A DNA stretch of 64,000 bases from an uncultured Candidatus Saccharibacteria bacterium (GTDB lineage Bacteria; Patescibacteriota; Minisyncoccia; Phycocordibacterales; UBA9973). How positions within the stretch are numbered: position 1 is the stretch's first letter; each line of letters begins with the position of its first letter. Made by a program: the position numbers and the translations under genes. Location: positions 4,979 through 68,978 of the forward strand of contig CAZWAV010000001.1 in assembly GCA_964631935.1 (NCBI GenBank), in the 5' to 3' direction. This document shows, piece by piece, positions 37,254-46,665 of this stretch. The notes beneath the pieces were generated by a model. It saw nothing but the letters and a program-made list of their open reading frames with translations. It was not told where the DNA came from and did not search any database.

Positions 37254-37610
37254 ATGAAGAAAATTATTGCATTCGGTTTAGCGTTCGGCGTAACTCCATT
37301 CTTGGCTCTTGCCGCAGATGCGTTCAGTATTATTACAAAGATAAATCAAATACTTTCTCTCGTTATTCCAGTTTTGATTACTCTTGCTGTTGTTTACTTT
37401 ATCTGGGGTATTATCCAATACACTCTTTCTACAGATGAAGAAAAGAAAAAGAAAGCTCGTGGGATGATCATCAATGGTCTTATCGGTCTATTTATAATCG
37501 TTGCTTTCTGGGGTATCATCAGACTTGTTACAAATACATTTGGTGTTGGTCCTGAACAACTAAACTCAAACGCTATACCTTGTATCCCTGGCCCTGGTGT
37601 TCCTTGCTAG
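37254..37610 (+). CDS. VirB2/TrbC-like pilin paralog 4
   Basis: …FIWGIIQYTLSTDEEKKKKARGMIINGLIGLFIIVAFWG…. Confidence 0.5.
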   Translation: MKKIIAFGLAFGVTPFLALAADAFSIITKINQILSLVIPVLITLAVVYFIWGIIQYTLSTDEEKKKKARGMIINGLIGLFIIVAFWGIIRLVTNTFGVGPEQLNSNAIPCIPGPGVPC

Positions 37611-37633
37611 TACTAGTCTACAACTAATAATAT

Positions 37634-39469
37634 ATGAGTTTTAATATTGTCCCAGTCGCAGAGGCAGATGTCCTTACGCTCGTTAAGAGTATTGATAAGG
37701 TTATTATTAACCCCATCATAATCTTCTTATTCGCTGTCGCGATGGTCTACTTCCTCTACGGCGTGGCACAATATCTATTAGCCTCAGATAATGAAGAAGT
37801 CCGAAGCAAAAGCAAATCTCACATGATGTGGGGTGTAATCGGGCTTTTTATTATGGTTGCCGTATTCGGCATCATGAGGATACTCCTAAATACATTCGGA
37901 GAAACTAAAATCCAAGTTAATAGTAACGGCGACTTTAATGTCACAGGTACAACTCTAAACGATACCCCTGTTGCCAATAATCCTGGTACGGGTGGAGATT
38001 TGTTTAAGCCTGGTTCGGTAGATGTGAGTACAAATACTGACTCTCCTGCTCTAGGATCTAATCAGTACATAACAAGTCCATTCCCAATGTATGAAGCACA
38101 TGCTACAACTTGTTGGAGTAACATATCTTATAGCAAAGCAGGAACTGAATTTAATGCTCTTGAATTAGTCAAAGCTAATGCCAAAACTAGATACTTGTCT
38201 GCTAGTGGTATGACAAGCTTGCAAGCTGATAAGTTGGGCTATCCAAAAGCTTTTGAGACAAAAGTTCTATACGATAAAACAGGGAAGATATATTATGCCT
38301 GGCTTGATTCTAGAGCACCTATAGGTACTGGGACCATGACTGATTGTAATTTGAAAGTTCTAGCTCCAGCCCCTACACTCCCCGCATCTATAGTATTCTC
38401 TCAGTCTGATGTTAGTAGTGCAACTGATACAGCAAACCTACCTCAAGATGTATATACAAGTAGTCCATTCCCAACTTTCGAAGCAAAGCCTGCGGTGTGT
38501 TGGAATAATGGCAACAGTCCATTCCTAGCTAAAGGTAGTACTGAGTTCAATGCTCTAGAATTGGTTAAAGCAAATGCACGTAAGAAATATTTGTCGGATA
38601 ATAATATTTCCGTTACAGATAGTACAAAAGCAAATTACCCTGTGATTTTTGAATCAAAAGTTCTCTATGATAAAAAGGCCAAGATTTATTACGCATGGCT
38701 TGATTCTCGCGCACCTATAGGAACAGGGAAGATGACTGACTGTAATTTGAAAGTAGTTACACCTGCTCGTGCGGTACCTGATTCAATAGTTTTTTCCCAA
38801 GTTGATGCAACAGGAGGAGTGTTAAACCTTAGTGGTTCAACTACAGACAATAATATTGCGGATTACACAAAGAGCCCATTCAAGCAGAAATATATTCCCA
38901 ATAATCTTTGCTGGCGTGAGCAAATATACAATAAAGCAAATACTGAATTTGAAGCATCAAGCCAGGTAAAGTTTAACGCACGTTTAGATTATCTTAGTGC
39001 TAGTCATTTGACTGAGAGTACAGCCCCACAGAACTTGCCTACAGTTTATGGATCATTTACTGCCTATGACAAGGTAAACAAAGTCTACTATGTATGGCTC
39101 GATGTCCGAGCTCCTATAGGAGCAGGTAGTAAGGCATCTGACTGTAACTTGGCCCCTGATGGTGCGCCTATCACTCTACAAGAGCCTACAGCTCGAAGTG
39201 CCAAGCCAAACCCTCTATCTGCAAAAGCACAAACGTCAAAAGATTCGAATGACTCATATTATAGAGTTATTGATTCGGGGGCTGACAACAACTATTTCGT
39301 CGCTCGCAATATTGCTATAAATAATGCTCTTATTCAAATAGCTAAACTAAAAGGTCTAGATAGTATTACTGATATAACATCAAAGACTATAGTAGAAGAG
39401 AAGTACTATCCTCAAGATCCTTATACTCTCAACTTTGACTATTGGGTAGCTATAGAATCTCCTAAATAG
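37634..39469 (+). CDS. VirB2/TrbC-like pilin paralog 5 with long C-terminal extension of three ~110-aa Cys-pair repeats
   Basis: N-terminal pilin module (…FLYGVAQYLLASDNEEVRSKSKSHMMWGVIGLFIMVAVFG…). Followed by 3 divergent repeats, each with SPFP..E...CW......TEF.A.ELVKANA..YLS....YD...KIYYAWLDSRAPIGTG.MTDCNLKV. Confidence 0.5.
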   Translation: MSFNIVPVAEADVLTLVKSIDKVIINPIIIFLFAVAMVYFLYGVAQYLLASDNEEVRSKSKSHMMWGVIGLFIMVAVFGIMRILLNTFGETKIQVNSNGDFNVTGTTLNDTPVANNPGTGGDLFKPGSVDVSTNTDSPALGSNQYITSPFPMYEAHATTCWSNISYSKAGTEFNALELVKANAKTRYLSASGMTSLQADKLGYPKAFETKVLYDKTGKIYYAWLDSRAPIGTGTMTDCNLKVLAPAPTLPASIVFSQSDVSSATDTANLPQDVYTSSPFPTFEAKPAVCWNNGNSPFLAKGSTEFNALELVKANARKKYLSDNNISVTDSTKANYPVIFESKVLYDKKAKIYYAWLDSRAPIGTGKMTDCNLKVVTPARAVPDSIVFSQVDATGGVLNLSGSTTDNNIADYTKSPFKQKYIPNNLCWREQIYNKANTEFEASSQVKFNARLDYLSASHLTESTAPQNLPTVYGSFTAYDKVNKVYYVWLDVRAPIGAGSKASDCNLAPDGAPITLQEPTARSAKPNPLSAKAQTSKDSNDSYYRVIDSGADNNYFVARNIAINNALIQIAKLKGLDSITDITSKTIVEEKYYPQDPYTLNFDYWVAIESPK

Positions 39470-39474
39470 GTAAA

Positions 39475-39508
39475 AGAAAACGCCCAGTATAAACGGGGCG
39501 TTTTTGTT
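39475..39508. terminator. Bidirectional terminator
   Basis: AAAACGCCC...GGGGCGTTTTT. Confidence 0.8.
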
Positions 39509-39524
39509 TTAATTGAGAACAATT

Positions 39525-40520
39525 TTATCTAGTTTTTAAGATCTTAGCAACTTCTTTAACAAGTTTGGAGAGATCACCATCAAAACTGAATTGTTTCTTG
39601 TCGATTGTTTTTTTAACAATCTCAAGAATTACTTCTGCAGCTTGAAGCTGTTCACTCTCACTTCCGCTAGGCATAACATATTCACCAACACTTTTTACTC
39701 GTTTCTTCAATGCGTCAGCAGCTATATCCTTAGCTTCTTGTTTAAGAGCTTCAATAACCTTAAGAGCTAATGCTTCATAATAAGCTGGATCTAGTTCTGT
39801 GTCACCTATAGTTATATTTAATACAATATAAGGATAATTCTGGCTTTCACAAAATCTGTTTATCCTCTCAGACAATTCGTGTTCCATGTCATGAATAGTT
39901 GTACCCTTATCACTATCAAGCGCACTTGGTTCAAGCGTTCCCACTTTATGAATAAAGAATTCATCTGTGCACCTCATAATTTCCGCCTTGATAGTTTCAA
40001 GACCACCTTCAATGGTGAGTATTTTAGCTCCTTCCTGGTCATTATCTCTTTTGATCATGATTCTGATGTCTCTTATCCACGCTTTTATTTTTTTAAGAGT
40101 GATAAGAGTGGGAGTTGTCGGCATTACCAAAGGAATTCTTCGTAAATCCAAAGTAGTACCCATTTGAGTAAACAATGGATCAACCCAGGCAATACGCTGT
40201 TTTACTGTCCCAACTGGACGACCAGATAATTCTGATATGACTATTGTTTCTGTCAGTACGCTACCTTTGCGTCCGCCTAGATAGATGTAAACGATACAGA
40301 TAATCATACAGATAATTAATGACAATAATACTGGAACATCAACTATGTCATTCTCAATTGAGCCAATAAAGAGCAATAACCTTACAATGAAGATTACTGA
40401 ACCAATAACCATAATCAATAGTGGTAGTAGCTTAAGCTTGTAAGCGGTAAAAAACAGGTTTGCTATAGTTACCATTACAAATATACCCACTAAAATCCAA
40501 AGATTTGAAATAACTGACAT
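39525..40520 (-). CDS. SPFH/band-7 (stomatin/HflK-like) domain membrane protein
   Basis: Two N-terminal TM helices, then an SPFH core and a coiled-coil tail. Start placed at MSVISNLW. Confidence 0.65.
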   Translation of the reverse strand: MSVISNLWILVGIFVMVTIANLFFTAYKLKLLPLLIMVIGSVIFIVRLLLFIGSIENDIVDVPVLLSLIICMIICIVYIYLGGRKGSVLTETIVISELSGRPVGTVKQRIAWVDPLFTQMGTTLDLRRIPLVMPTTPTLITLKKIKAWIRDIRIMIKRDNDQEGAKILTIEGGLETIKAEIMRCTDEFFIHKVGTLEPSALDSDKGTTIHDMEHELSERINRFCESQNYPYIVLNITIGDTELDPAYYEALALKVIEALKQEAKDIAADALKKRVKSVGEYVMPSGSESEQLQAAEVILEIVKKTIDKKQFSFDGDLSKLVKEVAKILKTR

Positions 40521-40536
40521 TTTTTTAAGTTTTGAG

Positions 40537-40977
40537 TTAAAGATCAATAGTGCAATCTTTTTTGGATTCACACCTACCAATTTTAACGGTGATTGAATGA
40601 TCACTTTTATTTACAAAAGTGATGTGAGTTGAGATAGATGAGTCACATGGACCAGAAATACAATGTCCTTTCATGGTTGCAAGTGTTCCTTGAGAATTGT
40701 ATCTCTCAATTTTGTCGCTTGACCACATAGGAATGTAATCGTAGGTTAATTTTACTCTTACTGTTTTACCTGCTCCTACTTTGAATTTAAGTATGTCCCC
40801 ATATGGGGTTTCTCTTAAATCATAAGTTCTTGCTCTATTGTTCCAAAGTATAGTAGCAATCGCAAGGACCACAACTCCTAAAATCAAAAGTATTACGGTA
40901 AGTATTACTTTTGAATTTCTGGGTGTTGGTAGGGTTGGAGGTATTGGTGTCGAATGAGAGTGAGATGATGTTGTCAT
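40537..40977 (-). CDS. Small membrane-anchored beta-rich protein, possible NfeD-like partner of the SPFH protein
   Basis: One TM plus a ~100-aa C-terminal domain. Lies directly upstream of the SPFH gene, which is the usual NfeD-SPFH arrangement. Confidence 0.3.
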   Translation of the reverse strand: MTTSSHSHSTPIPPTLPTPRNSKVILTVILLILGVVVLAIATILWNNRARTYDLRETPYGDILKFKVGAGKTVRVKLTYDYIPMWSSDKIERYNSQGTLATMKGHCISGPCDSSISTHITFVNKSDHSITVKIGRCESKKDCTIDL

Positions 40978-41238
40978 TGTTGTCTTTTTTTGGTTAATAA
41001 AATTTAAGTTAGTTTAGAGAACGTCCCTAGCCTTCCCAAAAGGGAAGACTAGAATTGTTCTCTAAACAACCTATAACCAAATTTTTTCAAAGAACTAACT
41101 TACTCTTCACATAATAGCATATATAAACAGAAAAGTCAAGTAGTAGAAACCAATTATATACTTACAATACAAGGCTAAAATAGCTGAAATAGTTGTCTTT
41201 TTCAGTAAAAATGTTATACTCATCCCGTCAGTAGTTTA

Positions 41239-41310
41239 GGCCTTATCGTCTAACGGTTAGGACATCGGCTTTTCAAGCCGGTAATCCGGGTTCGATTCCC
41301 GGTAGGGTCA
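41239..41310 (+). tRNA. tRNA-Glu (anticodon TTC)
   Basis: Manual fold: acceptor GGCCTTA/TAGGGTC (with G-U pairs), anticodon loop TTTTCAA, T-arm CCGGGTTCGATTCCCGG. Confidence 0.8.
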
Positions 41311-41313
41311 CAA

Positions 41314-41346
41314 TACAAAAAGCCACAGAAATGTGGCTTTTTGTAT
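41314..41346 (+). terminator. Rho-independent terminator after tRNA-Glu
   Basis: ACAAAAAGCCACA-gaaa-TGTGGCTTTTTGT. Confidence 0.8.
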
Positions 41347-41386
41347 ATACATATACCGCTTAGACCCTTTGTGCTAAACTGTAAAT

Positions 41387-42046
41387 ATGACAGATCCAGA
41401 ATTTCATACAAGTGAGAATCCAAAAGAACAAGCATCAGAGTATATCACTAATGTTTTAAAAGACCACTTAATTAAAGGTGAGAAAGTTTTATGGCTAGTA
41501 CCTGGAGGCTCAGCTATTGCTGTGGCGGTTATGATATCAAAAGAGTTACAAGATTTTGATTGTAAAAATTTAACTATATCACTTACAGATGAGAGATATG
41601 GAGAAATTGGACACAATGACTCAAGCTGGTATCAGTTAGAAAAAGCCGGTTTTAGTGTTCCTGGAGCACAACTTTATCCTGTCCTTCAAGGCAAAAATAT
41701 AGAAGAAACTGTGGGAGAGTATAATAATACGTTAAAGAATTTTATAGATGAAGCAGATTTTATTATAGGCCTTTTTGGTATTGGTGCTGATGGACACACG
41801 GCTGGAATACTTCCAGGGAGCCCTGCTGTAGAATCTTCTGATTTGGCGTTTGGATATCAAGGAGGGAATTATTATCGAATTACAGTTACACCTACAATTA
41901 TCCCTTTTATAGATGAGGTTGTCGTATATGCGACAGGAGAAGAAAAGAAAGAGACTTTAGAAAAACTGAAAGGTGATAATACTTTCCTTGAACAGCCAGC
42001 GCAGTGTCTTAAACAGGCAGGTAAGTTTATTATTTTTAATAATTAA
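41387..42046 (+). CDS. pgl: 6-phosphogluconolactonase
   Basis: LVPGGSAIAV motif and length. Operon with gnd and zwf. Confidence 0.7.
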   Translation: MTDPEFHTSENPKEQASEYITNVLKDHLIKGEKVLWLVPGGSAIAVAVMISKELQDFDCKNLTISLTDERYGEIGHNDSSWYQLEKAGFSVPGAQLYPVLQGKNIEETVGEYNNTLKNFIDEADFIIGLFGIGADGHTAGILPGSPAVESSDLAFGYQGGNYYRITVTPTIIPFIDEVVVYATGEEKKETLEKLKGDNTFLEQPAQCLKQAGKFIIFNN

Positions 42047-42051
42047 ATCAT

Positions 42052-42960
42052 ATGAAAAAAATCGCAATTTCTGGTCTTGGTAAAATGGGTATGCAAATAG
42101 CTCGTAAGTTAGCAGAGGATGGTTTTGAAGTTATAGCTCATAATAGGAGTACACCTGCTATTGATGAAGCTGTGTCGTATGGAGCGAAGCCTGCACATAC
42201 AAAAGAAGAAGTCGTGAAAGCTTTTGAAGGTGAGCAACTTGTATTATGGTTGATGGTTCCTTCGGATGTTGTTGACGCTACTCTCGATGAATGGCTCGCT
42301 TTAATTCCCAAAGGGAGCATTATTATAGATGGAGGGAATTCTGACTTCAGACTTACCAAAGAAAGATCAAAAAAAGTTACAGATCAGGGTTCATATATGT
42401 TCGATGTCGGCACGAGTGGTGGTGTCTGGGGCTATCAAAATGGCTTTTCAATGATGGCAGGTGGTGACAAAGATCAATTTAAAAATATAGAGAAAATATT
42501 ACAGACACTTGCAAAGCCAACTGGCGCATATCACTACTTTGGCGAAAGTGGCTCTGGTCATTTTGTGAAAATGACACATAATGCTATTGAGTACGGTATG
42601 ATGGAAAGTTTGGCCGAAGGCTATAATTTACTTAAAAATGGTCCATACAAAAATATAGACCTTGCTGCTGCAGGTGAAGTCTGGCAACACCACAGTGTTG
42701 TTACTTCATGGCTCAATGAATTATCGCGTGATATTTTGAAAGAAAACCCTGAACTGGGTGGCATAGAGGGCACAGTTGCAGAGTCAGGGGAAGCTCGCTG
42801 GATGCTAGAAGTCGCAAAAGATTACAAAATACCCACTCCTTCAATCCAAGCCTCATTTGATGTAAGATTAGATTCTCAAAAGGGAAATGTTAATTTCGCT
42901 ACAAAGTTACTTGCCGCCATGCGGAATGCTTTCGGTGGGCATAAGATAAATAATGGATAA
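42052..42960 (+). CDS. gnd: 6-phosphogluconate dehydrogenase (decarboxylating), short form
   Basis: N-terminal Rossmann fold (IAISGLGKMGMQIARKLAEDG) and 6PGDH catalytic region. Confidence 0.8.
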   Translation: MKKIAISGLGKMGMQIARKLAEDGFEVIAHNRSTPAIDEAVSYGAKPAHTKEEVVKAFEGEQLVLWLMVPSDVVDATLDEWLALIPKGSIIIDGGNSDFRLTKERSKKVTDQGSYMFDVGTSGGVWGYQNGFSMMAGGDKDQFKNIEKILQTLAKPTGAYHYFGESGSGHFVKMTHNAIEYGMMESLAEGYNLLKNGPYKNIDLAAAGEVWQHHSVVTSWLNELSRDILKENPELGGIEGTVAESGEARWMLEVAKDYKIPTPSIQASFDVRLDSQKGNVNFATKLLAAMRNAFGGHKINNG

Positions 42961-44233
42961 TAAACCGACTATTTTAATTGTCGTAGGTATTACAGGAGAT
43001 CTATCGACCCGAAAGGTATTGCCAGCAATAAGTAATTTAATAGAATCAGGTAAGGTGCCTGATGATTTTGTGGTTCTTGGTGTTACTAGAAAACCGGAAG
43101 TTGATGTTGATAAGTTACTTTTGAATGTGGAGTTTAAGGATGGGATAAAAAATCATTTGAAGTTTTTCCAGATGGATTTAGATAGTGACGATGAATATTT
43201 ACGCCTAAATGAGAAATTAAAAGAAATTGAAGGCATGTTTAGTTCACCCTCACAACATCTCTTTTATCTTTCTGTCCCACCGCAGGTATCGTTGTTTGTC
43301 ATAGAGAAACTCGGTCTGGCTGGCTTCGCCAAAGAGGGTACTACAAAGATCTTATTAGAAAAACCATTTGGTGTAAATTTGGAATCTGCGAAGGGTTTTG
43401 TAAAACAGATAAGTAGGTATTTTGATGAAAAACAAGTTTACAGGATTGATCACTACCTTGCCAAACCAATGACACAAGAGGTAATTTCTTTTCGAGACAA
43501 TGATTTAACCTTCAAAGATTATTGGAATAATAGCTCTATTGAGCGAATTGAAATTATAGCTAGTGAATCCATCGGTATTGAAGGCCGGATATCTTTTTAT
43601 GAACAGACAGGTGCATTAATCGACTTAGTCCAAAGTCATTTATTACAATTGGCAGCTATTATGCTGATGGATATAAATAAAGATGATCTTTCAAAGAGAA
43701 AACTACAAGCCTTAAAAAACCTTAATATACCTTCTGATAAACCTATCACAAACTATGTACATCGTGGCCAATACACTAAATATAAAAATGAGGTCAATAA
43801 TAATGGTAGTAAAATTGAAACTTATGTATCTATAACTCTAGAGTCTAATAATCCTAAATGGATAGGTGTACCAATAAATATAATGACAGGTAAGATGCTA
43901 GATAAGAAGGCAACTGAGATTGTTATTTATTATAAAAAAAATCTTGGCCCAGATAAATTGATATTTAGAATTCAACCCGATGAAGGTATTACATTTCCTT
44001 CTTGGTCTTTAAAATCTGATTTTAATTATTCAATCAATCACAATACTAAAATTCCAGAAGCATATGAAAATGTTTTAACTGGTTCATTTAAATCTGACCA
44101 TAGTATTTTTGTTTCTAGCGAAGAAGTACTCGAATCATGGCGTATTATCGCGCCTATTCAAGAGGCTTGGAAGAAATCTAATGACGATTTGTTTATTTAC
44201 GAAGAGGGAAGTAATCCTTACTATTTAAAATAA
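42953..44233 (+). CDS. zwf: Glucose-6-phosphate 1-dehydrogenase
   Basis: GITGDLSTRK (NADP site) and RIDHYLAKP active-site motif. Confidence 0.85.
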   Translation: MDNKPTILIVVGITGDLSTRKVLPAISNLIESGKVPDDFVVLGVTRKPEVDVDKLLLNVEFKDGIKNHLKFFQMDLDSDDEYLRLNEKLKEIEGMFSSPSQHLFYLSVPPQVSLFVIEKLGLAGFAKEGTTKILLEKPFGVNLESAKGFVKQISRYFDEKQVYRIDHYLAKPMTQEVISFRDNDLTFKDYWNNSSIERIEIIASESIGIEGRISFYEQTGALIDLVQSHLLQLAAIMLMDINKDDLSKRKLQALKNLNIPSDKPITNYVHRGQYTKYKNEVNNNGSKIETYVSITLESNNPKWIGVPINIMTGKMLDKKATEIVIYYKKNLGPDKLIFRIQPDEGITFPSWSLKSDFNYSINHNTKIPEAYENVLTGSFKSDHSIFVSSEEVLESWRIIAPIQEAWKKSNDDLFIYEEGSNPYYLK

Positions 44234-44265
44234 AAATCCAGCAGACTTAGTCTGCTGGATAATTT
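44232..44265. terminator. Bidirectional terminator
   Basis: ATCCAGCAGAC-TTAG-TCTGCTGGAT. Confidence 0.7.
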
Positions 44266-44281
44266 AAGCGATAGCTTTTGC

Positions 44282-44758
44282 TTACGCTGTTTTAACTTTT
44301 CTCCTTCTGGGGTGCATTTTGAATTGCTTTCTTGACATGTAAACAACTTTTGCGAGAACTCTCTTAATTCCAGTCCTCCTTTTTGTTTTTCCGGCTGTTG
44401 CCTGTTGTTTTGGAATGTTTTGCCCTAAATTCTCTGAGGATAGTAACTTTACTTTCACTGGTAAGGTTGAAGTTTTTTTCATAAGTTGTTGTCCGCTTAT
44501 AACAGCGACACCAAACAATACAATAAATGCTTCTGCTAACGTCACTAAATGTGGCTGATTCCAATACTTATAGCCAAAGGCACAAAGAATAAGGAACACC
44601 AGTAATCCCATCATCGGAATTGGTAATTTAAAGTAATCTCCAAAAGATCCTTTAAGGGAAAAGTCTTCCTTTTGTATAGAAATACCATTTTCTTTGGTAT
44701 TTGAAACAAGAGATTCTGAGCTTGATGACCCAGTTTGAAGGTTTTCTTTTTTGTTCAC
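44282..44758 (-). CDS. Small membrane protein with basic C-terminal tail, unknown function
   Basis: Two TM helices. Lys/Arg-rich C-terminus. Confidence 0.4.
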   Translation of the reverse strand: MNKKENLQTGSSSSESLVSNTKENGISIQKEDFSLKGSFGDYFKLPIPMMGLLVFLILCAFGYKYWNQPHLVTLAEAFIVLFGVAVISGQQLMKKTSTLPVKVKLLSSENLGQNIPKQQATAGKTKRRTGIKRVLAKVVYMSRKQFKMHPRRRKVKTA

Positions 44759-44941
44759 GGTTGTAAGTTTTTAGGATGAAAAAAACAAATTAAAATAAAT
44801 CATTAATTACAATATTAGCATATAAAGATATTTTGTCAAATATGCCAAAATAGTACCTTTAAGTGCTATAATATTTTCACTGATTGTTGATTTTTGCTTT
44901 AAAATAAGGTATTCTCGATCGGTATAGGCCTGAATCTGAAG

Positions 44942-45028
44942 GGAAGCGTGGCTGAGTGGTTGAAAGCACCGCTCTCGAAAAGCGGAATATGGGAAACCGT
45001 ATCGTGAGTTCAAATCTCACCGCTTCCG
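44942..45028 (+). tRNA. tRNA-Ser (anticodon CGA), long variable arm
   Basis: Acceptor GGAAGCG/CGCTTCC, anticodon loop CTCGAAA, extended variable arm, T-arm GTGAGTTCAAATCTCAC. Confidence 0.8.
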
Positions 45029-45114
45029 CAAAAAATTAATGCGCGGTTAGCTGTTTTGGTGGAAAAAGAACCTTGGCTATGGCAATTGTATTTAAGTTAT
45101 GAAGAAGTTATTAT

Positions 45115-45187
45115 GCGCGGTTAGCTCAGTTGGTAGAGCGACCCCTTGACGTGGGGTAGGTCAGAGGTTCGACTCCTCTATCGCGCA
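45115..45187 (+). tRNA. tRNA-Val (anticodon GAC)
   Basis: Acceptor GCGCGGT/ATCGCGC, anticodon loop TTGACGT, T-arm AGAGGTTCGACTCCTCT. Confidence 0.8.
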
Positions 45188-45192
45188 CACAT

Positions 45193-45948
45193 ATGAATAC
45201 ACAGTTTATAATCCTCGCTGCAGGTAAGGGTAAAAGAATGGAATCTGATGATCCCAAGGCTTTAACACCATTACGTAACAAACCATTTTTGAAACACATA
45301 ATGGACACTATTTCTCTTGTCGACCAAGAGGCTAAGCCAGTCATCGTAGTAGGTCACAAAAAGGAAAGAATCTTTGAAGTCCTAGGTACGAATCATAATT
45401 ATGCTCACCAAGAAGAACAATTGGGTACAGGCCATGCAGTATTATCTGCAAGGGAAAATGTGAACAAAGATCATAAAATGATCATGATACTATCTACTGA
45501 TCAGCCTCTAGTATCAAAAGAAACTATTGAAAAAATTATTTCCACACATAAAGAAAAAATGCCCGCTATAACGATAGGTACGGTGGTGTTGCCAGACTTT
45601 GAAGACTGGAGAGGAGGTATGATGCATTTCGGTAGAATTATTCGTGATGCAAATGGCCAGGTTTTAAAAAATATTGAATACAAAGATGCAAGCGAAGAAG
45701 AGAGACAAATTACAGAAGTTAACCCAGCGCTGTATGCTTTCGATAGTGAATGGTTGTGGAATAATATAGATAAATTAAAAAATGAAAATGCTCAAGGGGA
45801 ATACTATCTTACAGATCTTATCCGTCTTGCTCGTGAACAAGGGGAGAGGGTAGAGGCTGTACCTGTGGCAAATATCATAGAAGGACTCCAGCCCAACTCT
45901 AAAGCTGAACTTGAGGCACTTGAAAGAGTACTAGAAAAAGAATCTTAA
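45193..45948 (+). CDS. Sugar-phosphate nucleotidyltransferase (GlmU N-terminal-like domain only)
   Basis: [10 protein letters not shown]...PKALTPL..KPFLKH signature. Starts 5 nt after tRNA-Val. Confidence 0.65.
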   Translation: MNTQFIILAAGKGKRMESDDPKALTPLRNKPFLKHIMDTISLVDQEAKPVIVVGHKKERIFEVLGTNHNYAHQEEQLGTGHAVLSARENVNKDHKMIMILSTDQPLVSKETIEKIISTHKEKMPAITIGTVVLPDFEDWRGGMMHFGRIIRDANGQVLKNIEYKDASEEERQITEVNPALYAFDSEWLWNNIDKLKNENAQGEYYLTDLIRLAREQGERVEAVPVANIIEGLQPNSKAELEALERVLEKES

Positions 45949-45967
45949 TTGTGTAAATTGGCATATT

Positions 45968-45996
45968 AAAAGCCCAGAATTAATCCTGGGCTTTTA
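45968..45996 (+). terminator. Rho-independent terminator
   Basis: AAAGCCCAG-aattaatc-CTGGGCTTTT. Confidence 0.8.
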
Positions 45997-46016
45997 TTCG
46001 TTTTCCATACTTAATT

Positions 46017-46550
46017 TCAAAATATTGATACAAAGCCTGCATCAATAGCTTGCTGTACTGAAAAGAATTTCAGCATATCGCCCTTCATTTCTTTTTTGGG
46101 AATTTTGTAGTCAGCGGGGTAGTAAAATTTACCACCTGCAGGAGCTACAAATAGCACAGGCTCATCTTCTTCTTTAACAAATACATAAGCTGTTTTTTTT
46201 GTGGCACTTGAGCCTTCTGAAAAATCAGGTTTACCAGTGTCTGAACTTTGGCTTGCAAATTCAAAAAATTTGCAAAAGTTTCCAATTTGATTGCCTTCCA
46301 ACATTTTTGGCATGATTACACCTTCACCGGCACCAAAGGCTTTTTTTGCTTCTACTTTTGAGCAGTCGGTCATATTATGGAATCTGCCTACTATGCTATT
46401 ACCTGGGGAGGTTATAACACAACGATTAATGCAGTTTTCACAAATACGCCGCTCGCTTCCTTCGGTTATTGCAATGATAGGGTTCATTCCTAAAAAGGCT
46501 CTGTCGCCTCTGAGGGTGTAAGTTACAAACGATTTTTTACTCTTCTTCAT
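46017..46550 (-). CDS. Hypothetical Cys-containing protein
   Basis: ORF with a CENCINRC cluster. No confident family assignment. Confidence 0.35.
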   Translation of the reverse strand: MKKSKKSFVTYTLRGDRAFLGMNPIIAITEGSERRICENCINRCVITSPGNSIVGRFHNMTDCSKVEAKKAFGAGEGVIMPKMLEGNQIGNFCKFFEFASQSSDTGKPDFSEGSSATKKTAYVFVKEEDEPVLFVAPAGGKFYYPADYKIPKKEMKGDMLKFFSVQQAIDAGFVSIF

Positions 46551-46665
46551 AAACAGGGGGTTTAAGTGTTAAAAATTACAAATTAGCTCTTATTGTACCA
46601 AGTTTAAGCGTAAATGTCAATATGAGCAATTCTAAAATAGGCTCTAGGGGAGCCTATTTTAGAAT

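Noticed and set aside
35796-39469. Pilin genes as type IV (class III signal peptide) pilins
   Set aside because: There is no G/F-T-L-I-E prepilin peptidase motif at the N-terminus. The conserved module is C-terminal TM-loop-TM, which is the VirB2/TrbC architecture.
41250-41435. 61-aa minus-strand ORF
   Set aside because: It overlaps tRNA-Glu and its terminator, and is spurious.
46017-46550. Family-4 uracil-DNA glycosylase assignment for the Cys-cluster protein
   Set aside because: It has CxxCxxxC but lacks the GEGPG/GEAPG active-site motif, so it is left as hypothetical.
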